This document shows, in pieces, positions 52,413 to 64,000 of a DNA stretch of 64,000 nucleotides. Each line of letters opens with the position of its first letter. The first letter of the stretch is position 1. The notes below the pieces were generated by a model, which did not search any database, had not been told where the DNA came from, and saw nothing but the letters and a program-made list of their open reading frames with translations. Position numbers and translations under genes: made by a program. The stretch covers positions 106,828,001 to 106,892,000 of the forward strand of contig NC_058368.1 of assembly GCF_018350175.1 (NCBI RefSeq), given 5' to 3'. Source of the DNA: Felis catus. Taxonomy: Eukaryota.

Positions 52413-52629
52413 CTTTTATTTTTAGTGTTTATGCATTTATTTTGAGAGACAGAGAGAGAGAGAGCACACATGTGGGGATGGGCAGAGAGAGGAGGAAAAA
52501 GAATCCCAAGCAGGCTCCGGGCTTTCTGTGCAGAGCCTGACATGGGGCTCTATCTTAAGACCGTGAGATCATGACCTGAGCCAAGATCAAGAGTCAGATG
52601 CTTAACCAACTGAGGCACCCAGGCACCCC
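52413..52629 (-). mobile_element. Can-SINE
   Basis: TSD tatactgtct. Confidence 0.94.
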
Positions 52630-53117
52630 TATACTGTCTTCTTAGTAGATCATTGAAAAATCACCAGGCTTGTAAAATTATGCTACCAATTCTCTTTTGC
52701 TGCATACCAGGATATCTATAATTTCACTTTCTAAATCATACCTGAAAATATTTTAGTAAATAAATATGACTGAGGTAAAAAATTACTTTTGATGTTCTTT
52801 ATAGGGGATGGAGCATTGAACATGCCAAAGTTCATTTTGGGTACATTGAGTGTTGGTGGGCAGCCGGGGAGAAGGGAAGCAGACTTTTTCACATAAAAAA
52901 TATAAAGAAATTTGACAAGAATATTATAAAATTAAAATCAGTAGTATTAGCCATTGAGTGTTTTTTTGATTAGATATAGTGAAGTGTATGTTTACCAAAT
53001 GCCAGAGGATATCCAGAGATAGATATAACCATATCACCAGGACTAGCAGAGAATGACATCATTAAAATGCATGAAAAACATGCAAATGATTAGCCAGTTA
53101 GAAAGACATCATATGGC

Positions 53118-53273
53118 GGGGTGCCTGGGTGGCGCAGTCAATTGAGTGTCCAACTGTTGATTTCAGCTCAGGTCATGATCTCATGGTTCATGAGTTCGAG
53201 CCCCGTGTTGGGCTCTGTGCTGACTGCCCAGAGCCTGCTTGGGATTCTCTCCCTCTCTCTCTGTCCATCCCCT

Positions 53274-53340
<67 letters not shown>

Positions 53341-53393
53341 AAATAAATAAACATTTAAGAAAGAAAGAAAAAAGGAAGGAAGAAAGAAAAGAA
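53118..53393 (+). mobile_element. Can-SINE with compound (CT)n(CA)n microsatellite
   Basis: TSD agaaagacatcatat. Confidence 0.95.
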
Positions 53394-54241
53394 AGAAAGA
53401 CATCATATAGGGTCTTGGGATGCAAAATGTACAAAAAAAATTTTTTTTAACAGGTCCCTAATTCTGCTTCAGGTTGAGCGGAACATCCAGAGAGCCAGTG
53501 TGCACAACCAGCATTGATTTTGTATGGCGAAAATCAGTTCCCCCTAGCCTCGTTCCTACATCTGTAAAATGTGCCAAAGCAACTATATGTCTTTCCGAAT
53601 TTTGTAGTGCTCTAACTGTGCAAGTAAAAGTAATCACCCAGCGTCAGTGGTCCAAATGGTACATAATCCAAAGAAAAGTATTTTGAGTGACTTAAAATGA
53701 AAGATCTACTTTAGGATTAGAAAAATACATTGGATTAGAAAAATATGTCTGTAGCTTTTTGTACTGTACACAGAGTATGTACAAGTCCATATAGTATAAT
53801 AAATAAAACTAGGAAACATGTTTAGATATAAACACACACATGACTTTAGGGCACAGAAAAGCAATGAGAGGAGTGTGTTGAGGGATACCATGGGGCAACC
53901 AAAAAGCTCCATCTCTAAAGGGAGTAGATTCTACTCACTTCTGTCCAGGCGCTTTCACATATCTGTGTCACCATACTACCAAGACTGGATGTTAGCACAT
54001 TTTTTTAAACTAATTTGATAGCTGTGAAAAATAATACCTCATTTTGAAATATACACATTCTTAATTTTCCTTACAGACATTGTCACATAATTTGCTAACC
54101 GTATTTATAAAGATGCTCATTGCAGCCTTCTTTGGCACAACAAATATTTGGAAACAACCCATATATCCAATAACTAGTTCTATAAATCATAATCCCACAT
54201 TCCAACAGTGGGATATTGTTGTTTTTAAAAATATATGTATA

Positions 54242-54460
54242 GGGGCGCCTGGGTGGCGCAGTCGGTTGGGCGTCCGACTTCAGCCAGGTCACGATCTCGC
54301 GGTCCGGGAGTTCGAGCCCCGCGTCGGGCTCTGAGCTGATGGCTCAGAGCCTGGAGCCTGTTTCCGATTCTGTGTCTCCCTCTCTCTCTGCCCCTCCCCC
54401 GTTCATGCTCTGTCTCTCTCTGTCCAAAAAATAAATAAACGTTGAAAAAAAAATTTTTTA
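54242..54460 (+). mobile_element. Young feline Can-SINE inserted in an old L1 3' fragment (~54100-54720)
   Basis: CpG-rich; TSD aaatatatgtata; upstream aagatgctcattgcagcc...tggaaacaaccc is an L1 3' motif. Confidence 0.95.
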
Positions 54461-54869
54461 AATATATGTATAGATAAATACGTAATGATGGGAAAATTTC
54501 TCTAAGACCTACTATTAAGTGAGTAATTATGCAAAAGAGTTATATAGTATGAACTAAGGTTGTTTACATATATTATTCTTGTACATGTTAAAATTTTTCT
54601 GCATAGACATACAAAGAATAGTTTATTTGAGTTACATTGGAGGAAAGGGCCTTCTGTGCTTATCGTTCTACCACATCCATATGTTCTTACTTTTAGTGTT
54701 GTGAATGGGTTAATATTTTCTGTCTGAAACTAAAAGAAAACCTACTTGGCTAGTACTTAAATTTTTTAAGGCTACAATATAAAAAATGACTGATGTCATA
54801 GATATAGAAAGATACTCAGAGAATATTACAGAATTTCCAGGGAAGGGAAAGGATTGGGGAGTATAAGAG

Positions 54870-56285
54870 GTAAGATAGCTCAGTGCCTGGAGTTAAACAG
54901 CCTTGGGTTTGAAGTCTGGATCTTCTGTTCAGCGAAGTTAGTGAATCCAAATGAAATAATTCCTGGAAAGTTCTTAGCATAATGTCAGTTACATAGTAAC
55001 CAAATTAATGGTAGCTGTTCATACAGTAGTATAAGTAGAGATAGAGAGGATTGGTTGGCTTTCAGAAATTGTTTTGAGGTTAAAATGAACAGACCTGGGG
55101 TTGATTATTTGTGAGAAAAAAGATGAAGAGTCAGGTGTTAAGGTAGTAAGGGCTCATGGCTTGGCTTTCAGGTCTGAACAATTTGTATGGATGATGCTTC
55201 TCTGATAGGAGGTAGGAAACCCTAAGGAGTTAAGTTGGAGGGGAAAGATTTTCACTTTTATTTTGGGCGATCTTTCATTTGCCTGTAAGAGAGTTAAGTA
55301 CTGGCATTCAGTAGGTAGATCAGAGGAGAGGAATGAGATGGAAATATAAATTTTGGAATTATCAACCCGTAGATGGCGCGAAAATGTTTAAAGTCTAAGT
55401 GTGCCTGGAGAGGGAGCATAGCTAGAGGGAGTGGAGGAAGGGGCGGACTGAATCTTTATTCTCAACCCAAACTTCAGTTGCCCTGGGACCCTGCCATTGG
55501 CGTTCCAGTAGGTCCTCAAATTTTGTATGTTCAAGACAAAATTCCTCAATTTATTTCCTCAAATGATACTCCACTCCCAATTTCCTTTTTCTTGAAAAAT
55601 GTCAATATCATCTTCCCAGCTACCCAGGCTAGAACCTACCCTTGGCACTTCTTCTTTACGCAAGTAGGGCTTTGCCTCAGTTGTTTTTACTCCAAATATA
55701 ATAATACAGTCCTTATTTTTTTTTCTTACCAGAACTGGAGTAACAATTTCTAATACACTTCCTTACCGCCATATTTCAGATACATCCACTCACAGGGATG
55801 ACTTCTCCACTCAATCCTATAGCCTGAGTATTTGCAGAGAATTCCCTTTGGCTACCCTTTCAATTAGCAGATACTCACACAGGCATTCAAATCTTTCCAT
55901 ATTCTGGTGCTTACCTACCGATTGAGAATTGCCTCCTTATTCCCATGATGGGTATCTCCACTAAGCTTAGGCCTGAGCGGTTTGTACTTGTACATTCTCT
56001 GGGTCTTTGTTGATACAGTCCTCTTTGCCTACAATGTGTTTCCTCTAACTATCTGAGTCCCTCAAGGACCATCGAAAATGCCTTATGATTTTCAAAGGGC
56101 TTCCCCAGTAAATGAGAGAATTTGTTTGCACTTACTCTGTTACTTTTTCTCTATTAATTATATGTTGCCATATATGGTTGCTGTTCCGTTGAGAATGTCT
56201 TAACCCCTATTACCCTTCCCATAAATCTCTCTGAGCAACCAGAAGACACCACTACATTTAGTGATGTTTATTGCATGAATGATCG
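54870..56285. mobile_element. MIR fragment followed by L2 fragments in both orientations
   Basis: ggagttaaacagccttgggtttgaag (MIR); purine-rich L2 55040-55430 then pyrimidine-rich L2 55500-56285. Confidence 0.55.
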
Positions 56286-59200
56286 CTGAACTGTTTTATC
56301 AAGAAAGCAGAAACTGTAGCATACTTCTACACATTGCATTTCTCCTGATCCATTTAATTTTCTGATTCTAATTCTGCAAGAGCTATAGTGTTGCATACAT
56401 TGTACTACCAAAGAACTAGTAACTAGCTCATTTTTTTTTCCAGGATAATTAATCAGTATAATTTTATGTAAATACAGGACCCCCTTGATCTTTTCCTGTG
56501 TGGTAAGTCAAACTACTTAAAAATGTGTTCTTTTTTTAAGTAAATCCACCCTTATTTGAATAGCATAGTACTTGAAGCCAAAAAAGTGCTTAACATTGAG
56601 CTTCCAGGAAGCTGGCAGACTTCTTTTGCGTTCTCTTGAATCCAGTTGGCTGAGATACCTGCTGTCAGGTTAATGGCTGTTATCTAACCTAGAAGGAAAG
56701 CGGGAGATGGAAGCAAAGCACACTTAAGAAATTTCTCTGTCACCTGGCAAATACTTGGTTTATTTCGGGTTGGAATAACCTAAAGGTAATTACATAGTGC
56801 TCTCTGTGCTATTTTAAACCAAGACTTTATTAAAACAAACAAAACAAAATACACACACTTCTCCAACATGGCCCCCGAAGGATCTGATCCATTTTGGACA
56901 CAGAATTGTTGGACTAGACCTGGAAAGTATTGTATTTGCAAAGGAAATTCAATCACTGTCATTCCAAACAGTTCTCTCTGGTGGGAAGATGTTCCCCTGG
57001 AATGATAGAGATAAAATAGAAATGTCTCGATAGTCTTTTTTCACCTCTCCAACACCCTGTGATTCATGGGCTGAGCACTGGCAGAACTGCAAATGTGTTC
57101 AAGAGTCTGTCCTTATTAATTGCTTCTTAATGCAAAACATCTTTTTTTTCCCTCCATCATTGTGGTGATCAATGTGTACTTTGATACAAAAAAAAGATTC
57201 AGGGGGTTAATGTGACAGTCTTTTCAAAACATATTCACTTCTCTGCTAATCATTCATAAGCATTCTGCTTGATTTTGCCACACACGTTTCCTTAATTTGC
57301 TATAACTATATGCAGACATTTTCATTAAAGAGAAAAGAATAGTTTGAACTGTGGAACCAAATGATGAATTAATTAAACACATATGCAAAAAAATCCTCAA
57401 ACGTCTGACCTCTAGGAATAGATTCAATTCCAAATAACCATGTGTTAAAAAAGGCAGATGAACTACTTTAAAAAGACACAGAAACACTGACCAAAATAAA
57501 TAGCAAATCTTAAAAAACAAACCAAACTTTTGTTCCTTAGTATGCTTGTTTCACACTCACTTTATTAAAAAGTTGAAAGATGGAACCGCCAAACATATAC
57601 ATAAATGAATAGGAATGCTGCGCTAATAATTTCCAGTAGAAGTCATCATTTACTTTCCTTATGAGGTCCACTCTCCGCTGTGAATGCTACTTCAGTCTTG
57701 TTAAACCACTCTGGAATAATCCACTTATTCCCAAAGACAAATTATCCAAGTCAATGCTGTTAACCTTGTTATAGATTGGCACTCGTCATTATAGATTGTA
57801 TCAGGTTCTGTAAGATTGTCTATTATATTGGTTTCAGAAATTTTTTTGAACTCTGTTTGCCAGTGACAATTTTCTCTTAATTTAGGAATTCCTATTTCTT
57901 ACAGAGGCCAGCTGGAAATGAGTAAAGCATTACAGAGCCTTCCTTAGCTGTTGGCCTAGAGAATACACATTCTCTCCAAAATATATATCTTTGGCACACT
58001 CCAGAAGGAAGGAATCTCGGGTAATCTCTGTGCTGGCCAAGTGTGAGAATTATTATTTTTAACCCCTGAATACACAGCAATTTGTTTTTGTTTTTTTTTT
58101 TAAGGAATTAACAAAGTAAACCAGTATTAGTTTAGCTATATTTGTTCGCCAACAAAACTGCAAATAAATATCTTATAGTGGTATTTTTAGTATTGGGTTT
58201 TCCCCTCTTTGGTGTGATGTTTAAAAGGACATTTTACAGCATTTACAGCTTGAAGAGTTTTACAGTTTAACATGAACAGATTAATGGTTCTATAAACTCA
58301 CTGGCAAACTAGTTGATTATTTAACTGAAGTCTACAAATTTATTTATACCTCAGTGTCCCCGTTTGTTGCCAAAGCTAAGTTATCGAAATATCCAGGGTA
58401 ACAAATAACTAGCACCAAAAACAGTGTCTTTTTGACTCTTCTGAAGTTCTGAAAGGAGAGGTAAGAAACTATCGTTTAACCAATAACTTTAAAGTTTGGC
58501 ACTTTACTACAGAATCCCAATACCCAAGAATAGATGTGGAAGTCGTTTTTAGCTCCATGTTCAGAATTGTGTACACAGAATAGATCTACTTGATCTCAGA
58601 ACCTCTGGAGCACAGAAGCACTATGGAGTCAGAGATCAATGCCAAGAATGAGGGTCTCCTCTTTACATAGGAGAGTGGTTAAGAGCTGTTGGTGGACTTT
58701 CCATTTATAAAGAGTTCTTAAGTGAAAATAAGTTTTCTAGAACTACATAGGTTACTTCTTGGACCGGAAGAAAACAATGTTCTTTTTAACAGAGACATGA
58801 CTCTTGGTAGATTTTACCATGAGACATTAGGGATGGAAATTCTTACATGATTCATGAATATTCAGCTGACAGAAAGATAATCCTATACTTTGCAAAAGTA
58901 GATTCAAGTAGTATGATGGACAAGCACCTATGAACCTTGAGGACCTCTTAAAATCATTCTCCTCTCTCATTTTGACACTTTATAAATTTTTATATGGCTA
59001 TTTATTGGTGCTACTGCGCAGCTCTTTTTCTTTGAATTAAATATGTTTTACTCATGTCAGTGTATTACAGAGCACATTTGCTATCTATCATTCACTACTA
59101 TTTATTAAATTTATGTCATTCCACATAATGGTATTCATAGAAACTCCGGGGAACAGTACATGTCGGTGATTTTTAAAAGATGCAGATTCTTGACAAACAT

Positions 59201-61049
59201 ATTCAAATACATCATGAAAGGATATTTCTATATAAAATAATGAAAACTTAGGAACAGAGTACACTCATACCTCCTATGTAGTATTTGGTGCATGAAAAAC
59301 TTGTTTATACCATTGTGCTCATTAAAAGCTAATTCTCTTCAATCCATCAGATTAGACTTGAAAACAAATAATCCCATCAGGCACTGATAAAATGTCTCAA
59401 GGTAAACAGCCTTTCCTTGAACACCTTCTCTAAGGTGTTTACATATTTTTCAAAATATTAAACCAAGACCTGAGCAACGCTGTCTATTAATGCCACAAAT
59501 AATATCATTTCAGGAGTGAAATTTCCATGGTCACTTTCTTCCTGCAGTTCACATTTTGGGCAGTGCCTCACCACTCATCCATCTTTTTGTGATGGAAGGA
59601 AGGATTCCACACTGTGGCTTACCCATGAGATGAATTTCTCAGCCATTCAGAGTTAATTTCATCCCTCTCTATGATAATGCCACATAGTTAAGAGTTTATT
59701 AAGGATTTTTTAGTGTGTTTGTTTTTCCTACATTTTTTTCTATTTCCCTTCGTTTGTTTACATTTGGGCCAATCCGTAACTTGGCAAAATCATTGTGGTA
59801 TCTTAACCTGCCTTTACCAGTACTGGCAAATCCTGTCCATGACAGGGCTATCATCTAACTTATCATCTTAGTTGTATTTACTAAGTTAGTAGATACAACT
59901 TTCCAAGACGTATCTGTATCTATCATCAGATCATCCTTGGCCATTGTCAGAAAAATGTATGAACTAAGTAAACATCTACTATACACTTTCCCCAACTTGG
60001 ATGTCACTTACTTCTCCAGATATTTCTCTTTCAGTTAGTTTAAATGAAATTTTCTTAGATAGAATAAAGTCTCTTATCTCTTATTGCCTGGCATAAGAAT
60101 GGCAGAAAGAAAACTTTAGGTAATAGAAATGGTTATAAGATTCTATCAATGTGGATCTCATTTTAAAACAGGATAAAGCCTTCTTAATGATTTGCCAACA
60201 ATTGTGTCTATGGTTCTCATTTACTAAATGATTTCTGTACATATTTTAATAGCCCAAACTGTGAATTATCGACAAAGTTTCCCTAATCAAGCTTAGTGTT
60301 TGACATACAGTGTAGACATAATTTAATAATCTTAAAAGTTGTCACTAATGTTCCAGGGCCAGAAAGGATTTATTCGATTATAAGAGAAATCTATGGTGAT
60401 ATTATCTAAATCATATCTAAAGATATGACTCGTGTGTTCCCAAGTGCAGGGAAGGTCATTATTTTCTCAGGTAGATTGAAATGATGACTATCAGGAAGTC
60501 AGTTAAATAAATTTCACTTTCAGAGACTTTGGGGCTCAGAATTAAAAGCTTCTGGTTCATGGAATTGATTCACGAGGTGCTTTGTTCCAAAGGTCCATCA
60601 GGGCAAGACTGTTTGAATTCTTGTCAGACAATACAAGTCTTTCTATTTAAAATACTCCAGGGAATTTTCCCTGTAAAAGAAATATCAATGGCAAGTTATC
60701 AGGTACACCTTGTGTTTCTTTACCAGTTGCTAATGTTGCTAACCAGTTGTTAATGTTGACAGTTCAGCATTTTTGCCTGTAGGGGGAAGTCTATAGTGCT
60801 GCCTTGTTTCAAGTACATTTTAAATTTACTTGGTGTTTGTATGAACAGCAAGACTCAAAATGTAGTAGCTAAAAAGACAGAAGGAGGGAAGGTAGGAAGG
60901 AGGGAAAGAAAGGAAAAAGGGAGGAAGGAGAGAAAGAGAAAGCCATTGAAAGTAATTAATTCAAGATCTGTAGAAACACAGTGGAAAGAACATCATATTT
61001 GGAATCAAAAGACTTGCATTTGCTGTTCTTGGCACCCTCTCCGTGAGTC

Positions 61050-61325
61050 CTTATCTGATCCTCCTATTTGAATTACAAAGCCCCCCACCCCAAACTTTCC
61101 CATCCTTCCTTCCCAGCTTTAGTTTTTTTCCATAGCACCTGTCACTATCTAATATGCAATGTAATTTAAATCTTTATTTTCTTGCTCCCTCCTATTAAAA
61201 TGTAAATTCCCTGAAGGCATGTGTTTTTGTCTCTTTTGTGTACTGTCACATCCCAGTATCCAAAACAGTGGCACATTGTGACTTCCCATAAATATTAATT
61301 GAACGAATGAATGAATGAATGAAAT
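61050..61325 (+). mobile_element. L2 3' end with (TGAA)n tail
   Basis: aatgtaaattccctgaaggca...ataaatattaattgaacgaatgaatgaatgaatgaa. Confidence 0.85.
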
Positions 61326-61505
61326 AATCTCAATGAGCCTCACTCTTTTCGTTTGTGAAGTTATGGGGGTTATGACAAAGTGTAACCAAAGTTTAATATG
61401 CTGTGTAAAAGCATATTAGATAATGCATGAAATATAATAGCTGCTTCATGTGTCCATTCATTTGTGTTTACCGTCTAACACACAGATCAGTAAGATGTCT
61501 GTACA

Positions 61506-61633
61506 TAGGGTGACTGTATGTCCCAGATTACGCGGGGCTGTCCCAGGGTATGCCTGTACTGTAGGAATAATTATCATCAGCAACTTCTTTCACAAGTGCC
61601 CTGATTTGGGTGATAAGTTATATGGTCACTGTA
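61506..61633. mobile_element. MER94-like hAT-Blackjack MITE
   Basis: Terminal inverted repeats tagggtgactgtat ... atatggtcactgta; about 128 bp. Confidence 0.75.
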
Positions 61634-61869
61634 TCTCAAGACAAATCATGCTTGTGAATTGTTCTTGAAAAACAAGTTTATCTTCTATCTTATAATCTGC
61701 GTTATAGCAAAACAAACCAAAAAGCCCTTCTTATCCATTAATGTTTAATTAAGTTCATAGTAAGATACGAGGATGAGAGGTTCATTTGGCAGGATAGAGG
61801 AAAAGAAAAGATTTCTGACTATTCATAGAAAGAGAAGCGCTAGCAATGTTCCAGGATCCAGTAATTGGT

Positions 61870-62095
61870 TAAGCATCTAGTCTCTGAATTTAGCATATGT
61901 GAGTTCAGACTCCATTTCCACTCCAGTTCTGAACTGTAAAGACTTGAGCAATTAGTTTCACTTATTTGAGCCTCTATTTCTCATCAGAGTAACAGGGACA
62001 AATATAGGACTTCATGTGAAATACTGAATAATCATGACCTAACACAATATCTGACATATAAGAAACAGTAAGTAAGTGCTAACTATCATTAGTGT
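61870..62095 (+). mobile_element. MIR remnant
   Basis: gacttgagcaattagtttcacttatttgagcctctatttctcatc. Confidence 0.7.
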
Positions 62096-62607
62096 TGTAT
62101 GAAGTAAAAGCTTCCGGAATTAGTAGTATCAGTTTCCTTTGATCCTAAAGCAGCAAACTTTGGTTCTGTAGGGTGGCTGATCATTTAAAATACAAAGCAA
62201 TTGAAAAAAAAATGAAATAAATACATAAATAAAATATTAAACAATTGGCTAAAAGTGGATGAAATTGCCCAATTTCCACAGTTTTGTAATCTGTTTCTAA
62301 CTCCATTTATTTGATATGTTTTAGTGTTTTGTTAATAAGGTTTATTGATAAAAGTATCAGCTCCATCATATTAACAATTTTTGCTGTTTTTATTTTCTGC
62401 AGGAGATCGTGTACAAAATGGGTGGTCAACAAATATTTGAAAAATCAATAAATGCTTGACTATTCTGAAACATTTAAGCAAACTCTAATCTTGGCAGAAC
62501 TTCTGTCATACCATTGTTGGCTGGCACACTGAATAATTAATTAGATGATGAAATTATAGACCCTGTGCTGTGATGAAGCTTCACCACTTAAAAATTGCCA
62601 GACTACA

Positions 62608-62780
62608 GGGGCACTTGGGTGTCTCAGTCGGTTAAGTGTCCGACTTGGCTCAGGTCATGATCTTGTGGTTTGTGAGTCTGAGCCCCGTGTCAGGCTCTGT
62701 GCTGACAGCTCAGAGCCTGGAGCCTGCTTCAGACTCTCTCTCTCTTTCTCTCTCTCTCTCTTCCCCTACCCCACTTGTGT

Positions 62781-62835
<55 letters not shown>

Positions 62836-62851
62836 GTAAATAAAGTGTAAA
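62608..62851 (+). mobile_element. Can-SINE with long (CT)n
   Basis: TSD aaaattgccagacta. Confidence 0.95.
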
Positions 62852-62890
62852 AAAATTGCCAGACTATAGTAACTTAATAATAAGTCATTT

Positions 62891-63345
62891 GGGGTGCCTG
62901 AGTGGCTCAGTTGCTTAAGCATCCAACTCCTTTTTTTTAATACTTATTTATTTACTTATTTATTTATTTATGAGAGTGAGAGAGAGCATGCGCACACACG
63001 TGCATGAGGAAGGGGCAGGGAGTGGGGGCAGAGAATCTGAAGCAGGCTCTGCGCAAAGAGCAGAGAGACCAGTGTGGGGACTCGAACCCAGGAACTGTGA
63101 GATCATGATCTGAACTGAAAGCAGACTCAACTGACAGCTACCCAGGTGCCCCTGAGCATCCAACTCTTGATTTCTGCTCAGGTCATGATCTCCAGGTTCC
63201 TGGGTTTGAGCCCTGCATTGAGCTCTACGCTGACAGAGCAGAGCCTGCTTAGGATTCTCTCTCTCCTCTCTTCCTCTCTCTCTGCCCCTCCCCTGCTTGC
63301 ACGCATGCACTTTCTGTCTCTGTCTCTCAAAACAAATAAGTAAAC
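62891..63345 (+). mobile_element. Can-SINE split by an antisense Can-SINE (62930-63152)
   Basis: Host head 62891-62929 resumes at 63167; inner TSD agcatccaactc at 62918 and 63155. Confidence 0.93.
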
Positions 63346-64000
63346 AGTAACAATGTTATTTGGAATTTTTGCTTTCATAGTAATTTAGACCCAAAAGTGT
63401 AGTTATGATCTATGGCAATGCCTTGCTTAACAAAAAGGAAAAATAAGTTCCAGGTAAATTAGTTGTAAGAGACAGTATTGGAGCCCATTTTCCTCATATC
63501 AAGGCCAGAATATTTGGCTTTTTCTTTTAATGTCTGTCTGTCTTTAATCGCAGTGACATGATTTGGGGAAATATCCAGTTGTTTAGTAGTATCTTCTATA
63601 ATAAAGTAAGAACTAATTTAGAAGACCTTGGGATTTCACTTGTTTCAAGTATCTGTTCATATTTCACATATATGCAATGAAATTTTTACCCAAATGTATT
63701 TTATAAAGAAAATAATTAATAGTAATAGTCTGATATTTTTCATTGCCTGAGTGTGCTAATTAAAATTAGATCCTGAGGCTATTAGACTATTTAATTTCGT
63801 GAGAAAGCTTATTCTGTTAGTTTCAAAGGCAGAAATGATGGTGTTTTAGTTAAACGAATTATAGAACTTCCATTATTTCCTGGATACAATTTTCATTTTC
63901 AGGTTATTCCCAGACAGTTACAAAACTTAACTTGCATAAGGAATGCAACTAACATGTTTTCCTCTTGTTTTCAAAATTTTATGAGAGGCACTGTTCAGCC

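Noticed and set aside
1363..63345. tRNA-like A/B boxes (ggtggctcagtcggtt, gttcgagccc)
   Set aside because: These are the tRNA-derived heads of SINEs, not tRNA genes.
8088..63345. Recurrent repeats separated by unique sequence, superficially CRISPR-like
   Set aside because: Mammalian DNA; the repeats are ~200-bp interspersed SINEs at irregular spacing, and there are no cas genes.
1260..63378. Many 60-125 aa ORFs with WVAQSVK, SLSLSL or ERERE motifs
   Set aside because: They are translations of Can-SINEs and microsatellites, not genes.
45760..64000. Next ADAMTS19 exon or a nested gene in the final intron
   Set aside because: I found no CSxTCG-type exon or other coding signature by eye; the intron appears to continue beyond the window.

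Overview
Eukaryotic genomic DNA from a carnivore, almost certainly a felid: about 35 tRNA-derived Can-SINEs with feline-type sequence and a young feline-type L1 3' end. The window lies wholly inside one + strand gene, ADAMTS19. Six internal coding exons (4452-4532, 18345-18502, 22747-22900, 34392-34527, 41576-41780, 45607-45759; 887 nt in total) all have AG/GT ends and splice in phase without stops. They encode most of the spacer domain and the following thrombospondin type-1 repeats. The rest is intron, filled with SINEs, L1, L2, MIR and small hAT DNA-transposon relics. I found no evidence for a new multi-gene system, RNA gene or CRISPR array, and the supplied short ORFs are mostly repeat-derived or random. 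The most unusual feature is a perfect 92-bp copy of the intron sequence just downstream of the third exon, inserted 2.2 kb further on. It has a short A-tract/fold-back end and 15-bp flanking direct repeats, consistent with a local templated insertion. Other points of interest are re-used, nested and inverted SINE insertions and a cluster of palindromic TGACAG motifs. Repeat family names come from recognition, not a database search, and boundaries of old repeats are approximate.
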